A stretch of 64,000 nt of DNA from Octopus vulgaris (GCA_951406725.2 OX597831.1:14818001-14882000), one strand, 5' to 3'. Positions 41,542-56,335 are shown, counted from the first letter of the stretch. Numbers and translations are program-made. Notes: a model not told the origin generated them from the sequence alone.

Positions 41542-41937
41542 CAACTTATAAATAAGGGCAAACGAAAAAATTTCTAATGCCAAATATGCCGAAAATTGGA
41601 CATATTGTCCATTTACCATATAATTTTTTTCCCAGAAGGCACGCTACTCGATAAAAGGTCGACAGAAATCTCTAAAAGAATTCCATTATTACCATATCGG
41701 ACCGATTTCAGGGTTAGTTCGTTAGAACCCTCCCTTCGTCAGTGATACATGTGGCAAAGAAGTAAATGAGATGCTTACTCATACCCATGGAAGAAGCAAA
41801 CACTAAGTCATGAGCACAACTAAGTACCCCAAATAAATCCAAAATAGAAATACTCCAGCCCATTCAAGACACGTGCGATTTGAACTGAGGCACTCACAGA
41901 GTGGGAGAGTCCGGAAGTGCCCTTATTTATAAGTTGT
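41541..41937 (-). mobile_element. ~400-bp module bounded by perfect 20-bp inverted repeats and containing a hammerhead motif (Penelope pLTR-like)
   Basis: acaacttataaataagggca (41541-41560) and tgcccttatttataagttgt (41918-41937). Confidence 0.65.
41693..41750 (-). ncRNA. Minimal type I hammerhead-like motif
   Basis: Minus strand: auGUAUCa-CUGACGA-AGGGagGGUUCuaacGAACuaaCCCU-GAAA-ucgg-UC|cGAUAUgg. Helix II is good; helix III is one change from palindromic ACCGGU; helix I has a proximal A.C mismatch. Confidence 0.6.
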
Positions 41938-42104
41938 TTATAATTTAAGCTTTAAAGGTATTTTTTAATATGCTGGCCATTGATAAAATTTTATATATAT
42001 ATGTGTGTGTGTCTATATATGTATATATATACACATATATACTTATCTATAAAAAGATGTCTTGTATAGATTTTAGACGAATAATTTAATCACTTCTACA
42101 ATTT

Positions 42105-42285
42105 AATCTTTTTACTTGTTTCGGTCATTGGACTGCGACCATGCTGGGGCATAGCTTTGAATGGTTTTTATCGAAGAAATGGAAACCAGTATTTATGTCT
42201 GGGTCTGGTACTCATTCTATCAGTCTCATTTTGCCGAACCACTAGGTTGTGGAAACGTAAACAAGACAAATCTGATTGTCAGCAC
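42105..42285 (-). mobile_element. SINE family B 3' fragment
   Basis: tttttacttgtttcggtcattggactgcgaccatgctgggg...ctcattctatcagtctcattttgccgaacc. Confidence 0.8.
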
Positions 42286-42732
42286 ACACACACACACACA
42301 CATACATACATACATACACACAGACGCATACACACACACGTAAATATATGTAAATATATGTGCGTGTGCGTATGTGTGGAGAAAGAAAGAAAGAGCGAGA
42401 GAGAGGGAAGAGAAAGCGAAAGAGAAAAACAGAGAGAGGCAGAGAAATTGGGAGAGAAAGAAAGAAAGAATTGTAGTTGGCTGTTTGGATGTAAGATCTG
42501 TAATATTTTAGTCGCTTGAAACAGCGACTGCTATCACGGCTACCACCACAACCACCACCACCACCACCACTACCACCAGTAACACTACCACCACTACCAC
42601 TACCACTACTACCACCACCACAACTACCACCGCCACGACCGCCGCCACCGCCACCACTCACAACACCAACACCATACCACCTCCGTCACTGTCACTGCCG
42701 CCGCCGCTGTTACCATCGCCACCACCACCACG

Positions 42733-42765
<33 letters not shown>

Positions 42766-42873
42766 GCTACTACTACTACTGTTAAAGCAACATCAACAAC
42801 AATGATAATAACAATAATTACATCGATAATACTAACATGGTGACAAGCACGCTGATTGAAAACTAGCGATATG

Positions 42874-42959
<86 letters not shown>

Positions 42960-43548
42960 GTAACGCCTGCAAAACATTTATCAATTTTCATGGTGTGTAG
43001 TTAAAATATTGTATAGAATGTATACACGTATAATATCATGTAATCTTTATCCAGAAATGGATTTCACCCACACAACAACTTAATTTTGTTTTTTCTCTCA
43101 TGATATTTATATTGTTATATTGTATCAACCGACACAGCCTGTTCTCAAGAAGCTACAATAATCTTTTGTAGGCATTGTTACTCTTTTCATACAGCCTTAT
43201 CAGTTTTTATTCAGCAGCTGCAGCTGTTTTTCTTTTTTTCCTTAAAGAATGAGGCCGTCACTTAGAGAGGGTTAACATTTTCCATTCAATTCTATTCTCC
43301 AATCAATCGACAAATAAAGAAAAAACAAATGTAAAGTACCATGCGATGCTCGTTTCGTTTCAATAGACTCCGAGTTCAAAGCATATTACGGTGAGTTTTG
43401 CAGTTCGCCGTTGGAGGGTGATGAACGACGTATCCTGCTCATCGAATGGAGTGATTCCTTCCTCACTCGTGGCCTCGGGTCTCGCTGTCTCAAGCTCACT
43501 TTCTCTCCTCTTTACTTCTCATACATGTCAACGGTTATCTATACCCGC

Positions 43549-43581
<33 letters not shown>

Positions 43582-44170
43582 TGTATGTATGTATGTATGT
43601 ATGTATGTATGTATGTATGTATGTATGTGCGTATGTATGTATACATGTATGTATGTATATATATATGTATATATGTATGTATGTGTGTATGTATGTGTTT
43701 ATGTATGTTGTATCTGTATATGTATTTATGGATGTGTGTAGGTATGTAAAATATATGTATATATGCATATATATATGTATATATAAATGTATTTTATATG
43801 TATGTATGTATATATGTACATGTAAATATAAATGTATATAAATGTGTATATATATATATAAATGTATATATATATACGTGTGTGCATGTATATATATGTA
43901 TATGCATACATATGTATGTATTTATATGTATGCATATATATATAACCCTCCATAAATCCTAAGGTTTAATTTAGAATTTATGGGAGTAACTGCCTTTGAA
44001 GAATCATATTGTAGTCGAATGCTCGAAATGAAGAGTAGATAGACAGCCGACAACTGATGAAGGGTCGTTTCTCTGTGTTCACTTGTCCTGTATTGCAGTT
44101 TCCATTTTTTCTCTCGCTGTTTTCGTATTTCACATTATTTACACAGTTGGTGATGTCCTGTCCACATACA

Positions 44171-44232
<62 letters not shown>

Positions 44233-44415
44233 AAAAAAGGAGATGTGGAACACGAGTTGTGATATATAAAAAAGGAAATGAAGAAAATGCTGACAAAATA
44301 ATGTAAGTAATTTAAGTAATTTAATTAGGTGAAAGTTCTTTTTACCGGTTGCGCATTTGTTATGCTTATCAAAAGTTTTTTCCTCTTATCTATATATATA
44401 TATATATATATATAT

Positions 44416-44580
44416 AGGCGTAGGAGTGGCTGTATGGTATGTAGCTTGCTTCCCAACCACATGGTTCCGGGTTCAGTCCCACTGCACGGCACCTTGGGCG
44501 ACTACTATAGCCTCGGGTCGACCAAAGCCTTGTGAGTGGATTTGGTAGACGGAAACTGAAAGAAGCCCGTCGTATATATG

Positions 44581-44616
<36 letters not shown>

Positions 44617-44835
44617 TGTGTATACGTTTGTGTGTCTGTGTTTGTCACCCCCCAAACATCGCCTGACAACCGATGCTGGTGTTACGCGTCACCGTAACTT
44701 AGCGGTTCGGCGTAAGAGACCGATAGAATGAGTACTAGGCTTACATAAAATAAATCCTGGTGTCGATTTGCTCGACTAAAAGGCAGTGCTCCAGCATGGC
44801 CGCAGTCAAATGACTGAAACAAGTAAAAGAATAAA
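44416..44835 (+). mobile_element. SINE family B, full length
   Basis: ggcgtaggagtggctg...gggttcagtcccactgcacggcaccttgggc...gactgaaacaagtaaaaga. Confidence 0.93.
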
Positions 44836-44837
44836 TA

Positions 44838-44880
<43 letters not shown>

Positions 44881-45486
44881 AGTAAATAAGCACATGGCTC
44901 CAATAGGTCTCATTGGTATTTAAATCATTATTCGTGGAGTTGATGTTAATGTTGTCAGTTATGACTGAGCAGCATTGTAGAGAAAAAGAAAATTCCTCCC
45001 GGGATCATTCCGTATTTTCATAGCAATCGGCGTCTATATTTTATTGCCGGTGATATCGAGTCATCTAAGGAAGCCTCATCTATTATTTGCTGGAGATTGA
45101 TTGATCATAAGTTGGCTCTCAGCTTTGAAATTATTTGGCAATCATAAGCTGTAACCAACTCAGTTTGTTATATATTATTGTCCCTCTTCTAACGCTGTTC
45201 ATCTTGTGCGGAAAAGAGAAATTAATGAAAAATGTGTTTAGGACATCGATTTGAAATGATCTTGAATAAATGCTGAGCAATGCTTCATTCCGGCATTGAC
45301 AGTCGGCATTCTCTCTTTTGGGCTGATTCAAATATATTTATGTATCTTCTTTTTATTTTGGCATTTGGCAGCTTCTGTTGTGTCAATTTCTAATAAAAAA
45401 AAGATACAATTTAAAAGAGTACAACCAATCATATACAGGAAGACGAGGTGAGAGCGACTGTAGGTGTAAGCATGTACACACGTATA

Positions 45487-45620
<134 letters not shown>

Positions 45621-45626
45621 CATACA

Positions 45627-45660
<34 letters not shown>

Positions 45661-45692
45661 CATACATATATACATATACATATATATATATG

Positions 45693-45724
<32 letters not shown>

Positions 45725-45792
45725 TATAGTATAGTATAGGACAATCAGTAAGTTGTTGTAATAGTAGTCAGAGATTTGTCGATCACATTTAG

Positions 45793-46095
45793 CTAACCGC
45801 TAAGTCATTTTATCGAACTTGATTGTCGAACCGCTATGTCATTTTATCGATATCGTTTGTCGAAACGCTAAATCATTTTATTGATTTCGTTTGGCGAACC
45901 GCTAAGTCATTTTATCGATATCGTTTGGCGAAACACTAAGTCATTTTATCTATCATATTTAGCGAACCACTGTTATTTTATCGATCTTGTTTGGCGAACC
46001 GTTAAGTCATTTTATCGATATTGTTTGGCGAACCGCTAGGTCATTTTATCGATCTCGGTTGGCGAAATGCTAAGTCATTTTATCAATCTCGTTTC
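45793..46095 (+). repeat. 34-bp minisatellite, ~9 units
   Basis: Consensus cgaaccgctaagtcattttatcgat(a/c)tcgtttgg; unit starts at ~45793, 45827, 45861, 45895, 45929, 45963, 45995, 46029, 46063; no spacers. Confidence 0.95.
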
Positions 46096-46321
46096 ACTTT
46101 TAACACGTACTACTGAAATAATGGAGATATGATATTACTGTGTGCCCGCCCTAGGCAAGAAGTTAAACATTTTTTTTGCCCATGACACTACATGGACCAT
46201 AAGTAAGGCATGTGTAAAATTTGCATGAAATTGCTTGTGTAGTTCTCAAGTTTTAGCGATTCACACAGACAGACAGCAAGCCAGACAGACAGACACACAT
46301 TCTCAGTTTTATATATAGAGA
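46092..46321 (-). mobile_element. Non-autonomous Helitron-like element 5' part (second family); second copy at 50111-50328
   Basis: Minus strand starts A|TCTCTATATATAAAACTGAGAATGTGTGTCTGTCTG, the same style as the 14892-15401 5' end; ~220 bp shared with 50128-50320. Confidence 0.68.
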
Positions 46322-47149
46322 TAACTTCTTTGAGACGACAGGTTTTATCCTTTATATCAAACGGCGGGTTAAAGTCCGTTGATATCGAGAGAGTAACTCC
46401 ATCGCTAGTGAATTATAAATTAGAGAAACAAAGTAAACAAGCGAAAGAAGCGATATTGAGAACGGAAACTACTTTAGTGATTTAGTTCCATCAAGAGTAG
46501 GTTCGTTCATTAGTTAAAGCTAATTGTTCTGTCATTTCTATTAATTAATCATATATGGAATAAAATGGCCGCCTTGTCGTTTCCGGTGTACGAATACTTT
46601 ATCTTGTCAGTGCTTTTCTCGTCATTCGAAATCAATGCGATGTCGTTTATTCGATGTCGTTCATGATGGTGAAAAATTGTAAGAAACACCTCCGCAGTAT
46701 TCATTTTCAATAATTAGCATTCTTTGTCTTTTACTGCCTTTGTTTGCAGCTATTTAGGGGTATGACCTCCATAAATTTAAAGTCGATCCTATTAATACCA
46801 ATAATGACTTGAGGAAGGTATTTATCCGATCAGTAATTATTTACCAAACGATCATTTACATGAAGACAACTTGTATACCACCGATATACACAATAACCAC
46901 TGCTATACACATTTATATGAGCATATACATATATATGAAATGCTTCCGAGCGCTTTTGCTCCACTACGTTCATTTCGCAAGGTATTAGTTAACACAAAGC
47001 TCATGACAGAATCACTTCCCTATGATGCGACGCACCGGCATTGAACAATACATCAATATTACTCATTCTGCTCTCATCTCCCTTAGTTGTAGCACCGCTT
47101 TGTCTGATTACCTATGTATCTCCTGGTATGTGTACATATGTATATGTGT

Positions 47150-47376
47150 GTAGACAGAGAATTCGTCGACAGTTGGCCGACCGACAACTTACAGACAGGT
47201 CAACTGACCGATTGGTTCTATCAATAATATAGGCGCACCCTTTGTACAGAAGCTTTCTGCCTCATCGTTCCGTTTTGATGAACTCCATCGTCGATACTTC
47301 CGCATGTCGACTTAGTATCCAATCAGCCAATTGTCCAATCGGCGAAGTGTCTGTCGGCGAATACACTGCACACGGT
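47150..47376. mobile_element. Possible old MITE with imperfect long TIRs
   Basis: Left cagagaattcgtcgacag...ggtcaactgaccgattgg versus reverse complement of right cagtgtattcgccgacag...ggacaattggctgattgg. Confidence 0.4.
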
Positions 47377-47533
47377 ATATATGAGTACATATACATATAA
47401 ATATATACACACACGAGCCCATCTACTCGTATACGTATATATCAGTGTATGTAAGCATGCATATACGCACATATGAACGCTTGTATGATGTATGTTTATA
47501 TAATATATATACATATAAATATATATATATTTC

Positions 47534-47584
<51 letters not shown>

Positions 47585-48372
47585 GGATATATCAAATATA
47601 ACTATATATATATATATATATATATATGGCAGATATATATACAGATATATATATATATACATATATGTATGTATATATGTATGTGTGTGTGAGTGTGTGT
47701 GTAAATATACATACTTCCATGCATATGTATACACATTCACGCCCATAAATATATTCACACACATAGACATAAATATATATATAAACATACCTAGATATGC
47801 TTTTACTTTGGTCTCTAAGCTAATTCAATGACCGACTGATTACAGTAAAGAACTTACTTTTTGGTTTGGCAGGCTGGTGTCTATAACTTTCAGCTGCAAG
47901 GTGTGTAATACATTACACACATGTTTTCGGCTTTTGGGGCCTTATTAGTGAAGGGCCTTATCATTAGAATACCCTTAAATCTCTCTTCAAAATCTTTTCT
48001 TGGCTATTAGTCGACAAGAACAGAGGTTTCATTTCGATGTTCTGTTTTTCGCTCGAGGTTACTAACTATTGGAAAATGTATGCTCGTTTCCGGTATTTAG
48101 AAGCGAAAGTAAAACTCTGAATACAGAAATCCGGAACAAAGGTAACTAAATTGCTTTGGCGTTGCTGCAAGAATTCTGTCCGGGGTTCCGGGGTGAATCC
48201 CGAATTTCTACTTCACTGTCGACTGGGAAAGTATAACAGTTACTACTTTGGTGCGATTCGGACTCAGGGCCTAGTGAGATGGAACAAATAGCGGAAAGTA
48301 TTACATCTGGTAGTAGTTCCGTTGGCAATTAGCCACTATAAATGTAAAAAAATGTATAAAAAATATACACAC

Positions 48373-48409
<37 letters not shown>

Positions 48410-48536
48410 TTGATAAACTTTGATAGGTTTCGGCCATTATTGGCCCATATGTCTAACTTAGTAGCACCACCTATATATATATACAGGAATTCTGTACAAT
48501 CTTCGTTCAACTCCATTTCTTCCATTCACTAATTAT

Positions 48537-48581
<45 letters not shown>

Positions 48582-48612
48582 TATATACATATATATATAC
48601 ATATATATACAT

Positions 48613-48695
<83 letters not shown>

Positions 48696-49265
48696 CACAT
48701 ATATATATATGCATACATATATGCTATGTGTATGTGTGTGTATGATTCTATATGAATTCATATATGTTTATGTGCGTGTATATATACACCAAAAATTACA
48801 TATAATTGCACATATATTCCTACACGCTAACGTACGTACATATTACAGCAGCTCTCTGATGCTGTGCACATCATCATACGCTATTTCTTAAATCACATAT
48901 TCCAACATTTTACAATTAATTTTCTTTTATTTCTCAGAATCGTAACACATTTTTATGGCACAGCCTGCCATAAAAATTCCTAGATTGTATACTATTTTAA
49001 CGACAACGACTGTCGTATAAAATATATAAGGTTTCATTTAAAATCATAAACTTAATATTGATATAATTAAATTAAATGAAAATTCAATATGATCACCTGA
49101 AGGACTGAATTTAGCGATAAATGTATAAAGGATTTTGATTTTTGTATTTACATTTTCAGAAAACAAGTTAATAAGCAAATAACATTTGAAATTTATTTCA
49201 TATCAGCAGAGAATTTTATATATATATACATATATCACCTAAGGATATTTTCATTCATTCTTTTG

Positions 49266-49354
<89 letters not shown>

Positions 49355-49566
49355 TGTGTGTGTGTATGTGTGTGTGTGCGCGCGTGTGTATGTATGCGCG
49401 TATATATATGTGTGTGTGCCTTTGTGCCTATGTTTTACTACCACCACTGAATGGCAGATGGTGTTAGTGTGTTTACGCCCCCGCAAGCATAACAAGTAAA
49501 TAAGTCGATTCATTCAACTAAGTCCCTCAAACCAGTGCCCCAGCATGGCCGCAAATAAATGATTTT

Positions 49567-49618
<52 letters not shown>

Positions 49619-50110
49619 TATATAATATATATATATATTATATATATATATTTGTATGGATGTTTGAATTAACAAACCAACAAAAGCAGAAACAAACAGG
49701 CTGAAATAGCTTGAAATAAATGAAATCGTTATGAGAGACGTAGTTACGTTTAGAATGAGAGGATGAGAACACAATTTGTTCAGGATAGAGGAAGTAGAAT
49801 AACGCTCACATCAATGGGAACTTATACTGCAACTTCCTCAATGAGGGCTGGGTCCACGGGATCGGAAGTAGCTAAAAGAGAAAATCCAAATAGAACTGGT
49901 GGGTGGAGGTGTGTGTATGGGTGTATATATGTATGCATGTATATATGTGTATATATTACATGAACATCTATATATATATATATACGTCTCGATATACATG
50001 TATACATATACATGTATACATATACATCTATAAATATATACATGTATATATATATATATACATCCATATACGTACATGTATATATATATATACACATCCA
50101 TATACATACA

Positions 50111-50328
50111 CTAGAGAGATGTTTTTATTTCACTTTTAACACGTAATACTGAAATAGTGGAGAAGATATGATATTGCTGTGGGCCAGCCCTAGGCAAGAA
50201 GTTAAACATTTGTTTTGCCCATGGCACTACATGGACCCTAAGTTTGAATGAAATTGGTTGTGTAGTTCTCAAGTTTTAGGGATTCACACAGACAGACAGA
50301 CACATTCTCAGTTTTATATATATATATA
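50111..50328 (-). mobile_element. Non-autonomous Helitron-like element, short copy ending in CTAG|T
   Basis: Plus strand a-ctag at 50110-50114; body matches 46092-46318; no clear 3' hairpin. Confidence 0.62.
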
Positions 50329-50518
50329 CACCTACAAAACGTACAAAGTATACTTATGTATCTGCACATATAGGTAAGTTACTTTGATACTTTGATACTT
50401 TGATAATGTATATATATTTATGTGTGTGTGTGTGTGTATGACGACATAATTATATATATATGTATATATATATCTATCTATATATATTTATATATATGTA
50501 TATATATGTAATTGTATT

Positions 50519-50575
<57 letters not shown>

Positions 50576-50598
50576 TTATATATATATGTATATATATG

Positions 50599-50688
<90 letters not shown>

Positions 50689-51127
50689 TCGTTGTGCACG
50701 TGGCGATTAAGTTCTTAATTGAATTGAGCATTTTGTAATTGGCCTTCCTTTTGACATATGAATTAATGAGATTGAAATCAAAATTATATTGAAAGCTCAT
50801 TACTCACGGATAATTACTATAATCAAATACCATCCTCTGTTATATTTCTTCATTTCAAAATATGATTAATACTTTCAAATTTCATTCCTATAGAAATGTT
50901 GTGTACAATGATTATTTACTCCAGAATTTTGGCGAGGAAAAATGTCCTCTCCTCCTTTAGTAAATTCCTTGGTCGTTGTGTTGAACGGTAATTTTGTAGT
51001 TTATTTCTTCCGTGTTGACAAGATGGCGGCTTTAAATATAAAACTCATCAGCGTCGTTTAGGAACCACTGTAGGATTTAATTCTTACTTTAACTGTTCTG
51101 TAAAGATCTTACATTTTTTGAAAACGA

Positions 51128-51328
51128 GTGCAGCCGTAATTGTTCGGTAGTGAGATTGTTTCCCAGCCAGATGCATTCGGGTTCGGTCCTGCTGTCTGGA
51201 TCCTCGGGCACTATTGTCTTCTTCTGCAGGGTCTAGCGGATGAAAGCCCTATAGTGTGTATTTAATTGATGTAAACTGAAAACAGCCGTCGTATGTGCAC
51301 ACAGACACACGCACTCACACACACACAG

Positions 51329-51393
<65 letters not shown>

Positions 51394-51740
51394 TACATAC
51401 ACATACATACATACATACATATATATATATACATATACATACAAACACATATATATATATACACATACATATATACATATATATACACACACACACACAT
51501 ATATCCAAACGTATATATGTATGTACTATGTGTATGGGTGTTTGTGTTTGCTTCTGTCGCTCAACCTGTTGACAACCGGTGTTGGCTTATCTAAGTCCCC
51601 GTTAATAAACCTGTTGAACAGATGAGACACATAGAGTAAGAGCTAGACTTTATACAATACGTATGGAGGTTGATTTCTTCCACCTAAACCCCCTTCCATA
51701 TGGTGCCGCAGCGAAGATGAACTTTAGTGAACGTAGCAAT
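51128..51740 (+). mobile_element. Old SINE family B copy with expanded internal microsatellite
   Basis: tgtttcccagccagatgcattcgggttcggtcc...aaactgaaaacagccgtcgtat-(microsatellite)-ttgacaaccggtgttgg...ggtgccgcagc. Confidence 0.7.
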
Positions 51741-54700
51741 TAAAATTAAATGATACTTTTGTTTTAGGAGAATGCTTCAAGTTATTAACATAATTTATTC
51801 ATTACGTCTGCCATCGAAAACCGAAACTTTTATTTATTTTGTTAGATAAATATTTGTTGTTGGAATTTTATTTTATGTCTTAAGTTAGGAGAAACAGAAC
51901 AGAAATCAGGAATGCGTTGAGTGTGTCACAGATATGTGAAGAGATAGGGAGATGATATTTGCATTCTGGGACCGGTCGCAGCTGCTCAGAATGGAGTTTA
52001 CACTGGTAGATGCAATCAAGAGCAGCAGATTGAAGGTGTTACAGCAGATGATGGAAAAGCCTACCGACGAAGTACAAGACTGTCCGTTATAACGAGCTTC
52101 CGAACAGTCTCTATTTATTAAACGTCAGTAAAATGTCACTGATTAGCAAACTGTCAACATTCTGGACGAACGCGTAACACAGAGTAAAGTGTAACATTGA
52201 ATACGAAATCTCATAGTATCCAAGCAAAACGATTATCCAGCAGGTCATTCCTTTCTCCACTTTATCATTCTGAAACCGATAAATATAATTCAAGCAATGC
52301 TTTTAAAAATGCTATAATAAGCCGAGAGCCTAAATTAAATCTATTCTTGAAAATGCAGAAAAAATAATATTTTTTTAGTATATAATGGAAATGAAAGAAA
52401 GCGAGAGACAATGAAATAACACGCGTATGTCTTGAGAGATTTTACACTTTTATACAAATAAGCGAACAGAAATAGAAAACATCTCTTTACCATAGTTTGA
52501 ATCAAGAAATGAATGTAAAAATGGCGCACACATATGCACACATACTCACATGAAAACATTCACATACTTAGACTAACACACACGTACGCAGATGCAATTG
52601 GTCGGACAGACATAAACAGATGAAGACAATGATAGGACGATCATGCGTTGGTGAATGTCTGCGGGGAAAACTGATGGGTTTAAAGTGAGACAGAATGCGA
52701 TTAAAGGGGAAGGCCGCAAGGAATTATAGAAATATCAAGTGATTTGGAAATGGAAATGGGTAGCGTGAAATATAATCTTCGGGGATTAGGCATACATCTA
52801 CACACACACTGACACACACACACACATGTTTATACACAAGTACACATATACAAATATATACACAGAAACCGCTACACACACACATATCTATGTGTGTGTG
52901 TGTATATGTATGTATATATGTACATATATATATATATATATATGTAAGTATATATGTAAATATATGTATGTGTATACATATATATATATGTATATATATA
53001 ATATATATATATATATGCATATATATATATATATAATATATATATATACAGACACATATATATATATATGTATATATATGTATATATATATGTATATATA
53101 TGTTTATATATGTATATATATGTTTATATATATATACATAATATTATATGCGTGTATATATGTATATATATATATCTATACACACACACACATATATATG
53201 TATACATTCATGCACACTTAGATAATATATACATATATGTATGTGTATGAGTGTGTGTATATATACGTGTGTGTTTAGTGTGTCTATAGTTTTGCATACA
53301 CGTGTATATATGTATGTGTATGTGTGCTTATGTGTGAATGTGTGTGTATCACACATATGCTCGGCAGCAACACTGAATCTCATTATTTCTAGAGAGAAAT
53401 CTCACTAAAGAGATTCCCATTTCTGAATATTTCCCTTCATAACAGATTGGACTTTCGTACTTCATTTACCCTTACTCTATTCTCTCCAGATCAGTAACCC
53501 CACGGCTGACCCACAATTCTATTTATTTATAGCTCGACCCACTATTCTAGTTACCCACCTCGCCGAGTTAAAAATGAGTGGATCACTGTAATAATGAACA
53601 TTCATTGATTGACGTTATAAGTTCAGGCCTGCGCATAAGAATGATGAGTGAGATGCGAGACTACAACACAGGGAGAAACCACCTTCGTATATGAGTCTTG
53701 TAAAAGCTTTCTCCAAGTCAAATTGGATTGCGTTTACATAACTGTCCAGAAGTTTCTGGAGCCTGTTTGTTGGAAAAACTTTCACACTTCCTCTTAGATT
53801 TCAGGCCTCAGCGATATATAAACCAGCAAGCGTTGTTTGGTCAACTCTTATTCGCGTTATTAATATACGTTCATGGCAAATCTGTTCTTTTTATAGAATT
53901 ATGTTAGCTAGTAGTTTAATATGTATATGTGTATGTGTGTGTGTATGTATGGTTAAAATCACGGTTTGATTAAGTCTCCCCAGAGTTGTCTCTCTTCGGT
54001 ATTTCTCATTGCTAATGGCTAAGAAGCTAGAAACGTCTACGTCTGGTAATCTGACATGCAGCAGCACTGGACTGATATAGTCCTAATACACATTTTCACT
54101 ATAATAGAGAATTTGATCTCCATGGTAACTGCAGTGAATTTTTCTTCACCAGTTTAAATATGCCACAAACATATTTTAACTTACCTAATGTTCGCTTAAG
54201 TCTGAACACTGCTTCGCTATGCTTGTTGGGGGAAATTTGAGAGCTATGTTTCGAATGTCGGCCGAGATTTTAGCAATAATATTCAACCTGTTGTCCTTAA
54301 AACCAAACTAAATTAATATATTGAGCGTTTCAAATATTTTCTTTTATGCAGTTCTAACCAACCACGTTAGGAAACTTAAAGACAGCCACATCCATGCTTG
54401 TTACCGAAACCGAGAGAAAAACGATCATTACCAATTTCCTAACATTTACATTCCTGAATATCTAATTGTATCAATTCTCAAAGAACTATAGACAAAACGG
54501 AAGAAAGAAATACTACAGTATACTTCCAATATAACCTACTGTGTAACAAGAATGTACTTTAGGCTGAGTGACTCTTTCAAACAGTTCTACTCTGAGATAA
54601 AATTTGCATTTAAGTAGAACAATTTGCCGTTTCGTATCTATTAGATATTTTGCTGGCTTTTATGGCGGTCATAGAGAAGCGCTTAATCGATTTTATTGTT

Positions 54701-54864
54701 GTCGTTGTCTACGCTATCGATTTTCTTAGCATTGCTATTGTGTTGTTGTTATTGTTACTTGTAATTAATTTTATTCTTGTTGCAGTTGTTATTGTTGCCG
54801 GCATTGCAATTTTTTTCTTTTGTTCTTGTTATTGTTGTTTGCGGTTACTTTTTTCTTTCTTTGG

Positions 54865-55335
54865 TTTAGCAGGATTTCGCTCGTCTTTGTGTTTGGAATT
54901 CAAATCACGTCGAGGTCGACTTTATCTTTCAGAGTTTCTGTGTCGATCAAATAATAACCAGTAATATACTGGGGCAGATGTAATTTATTATGACCCTCCC
55001 CTAAAATTCAGGCCTTGTGCCTCTAATCGAAAAGGTTTATCTTTTCATTTTACTTGTTGCTTGTTTTGCTGATGTTGCAGTTGTAATTGTCCTCGACATT
55101 GTTGTTGTTATTCTTCTTATAGTTGCCGTCATTAAGACGGAAAGATGGCAGAATCGTTAACTCGCCGGACAAGCTTAGCGGCATTTTACCTCTCTACGTT
55201 CTTAGTTCAAATTCTGCTGAGGTCGACTTTCAGAGTCGATAGCATACGTACCAGTTAGATACTGAGGGTTGATGCAAATTACTTGTCCTCACCCCCCAGA
55301 ATCTCCGATTGTGTGGCAAAATTTGAAACCGTTAT
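54865..55335 (+). mobile_element. Two diverged SINE family A copies (54865-55035, 55133-55335)
   Basis: aattcaaatcacgtcgaggtcgacttt; aagacggaaagatggcagaatcgttaac...tacgttcttagttcaaattctgctgaggtcgacttt. Confidence 0.75.
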
Positions 55336-56283
55336 CCTTGCACTTTTTACTTAGTACCCAGTTAAGCGTTGATTGTGAAAGTAGATCAGAAAATTAAACC
55401 ATCCATCCATGACCATTCCACCTGTTTCCAACAAGTTTGGAGTCTAAGATTATATCATTACCAGTTGTGTACATCCAAGACGATGTTATATTTTCAAGGA
55501 AGCTGGTTGTTATCTCTAGCAGGCACATTGACTTCATAGAGGCTCCCACACTCTGTTGTTATTCTCACTCTTCTGGTTCATACTAGCGTTCCTATTACAT
55601 TATAGACCATAAAATCAGTGATTCTTCTTCTTCTTCTTCTTCTTCTTCTTCTTCTTCTTCTTCTTCTTCTTCTTCTTCTTCTTTTCCTTCTTCTCCTCCT
55701 TCTTCTCCTTCTTCTTAGATTAATTATATATTTAGTTTTTTTTTATCGATGTATTTTGCACACAAATATTATACCTTTCCGTTATACATGGTATTCGCCA
55801 TTGTCCTCACCACTACGACCATCCTCCTCCTCTCCCCCGCTTCATCATCATCATCACCATAACTATCATCATTATCTTCACCTGCACCAGCACCATCACC
55901 ACCAACAACAAAAATAACAGCAACACCACCACCACCAACCCCATCGCCATCATCATCATCATCATCATCATCATCGCCATTATCATCATCGAATTCACCC
56001 CTGTTGGTGTTAACTGATATCTGTGAAATACTTCAGCGGATAACTTATAATTGTATCCCGAGGCAACGGCGAGGAGAGAAAGATCGAGAAGTAAGCGAAA
56101 GCTTGAAGCCAGGGAGAGACAGACTGGTTCGATACGGAAGAAGAATTTAGCGATTGTCAGACGAAGGATGAAGAATGATTTCAAGTGGAAGAGGGGGAAA
56201 GAGAAGGAGGAGGATGCGCACTATAATTACTATGGTATCGAAAACCTATATCCTAATGTATGCTATATTATATATTAATGATA

Positions 56284-56335
<52 letters not shown>

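Noticed and set aside
45793-46095. 34-bp repeat array as a CRISPR
   Set aside because: Units are contiguous with no unique spacers, there are no cas genes, and the context is eukaryotic.
51018-51030. YY1-like caagatggcggc (also 46562-46573) as a promoter
   Set aside because: Isolated motif with no adjacent gene or CpG-rich promoter evidence.
51900-52110. Possible LINE RT remnant (IKSSRLKVLQQMM..)
   Set aside because: Similarity too weak to call by eye.
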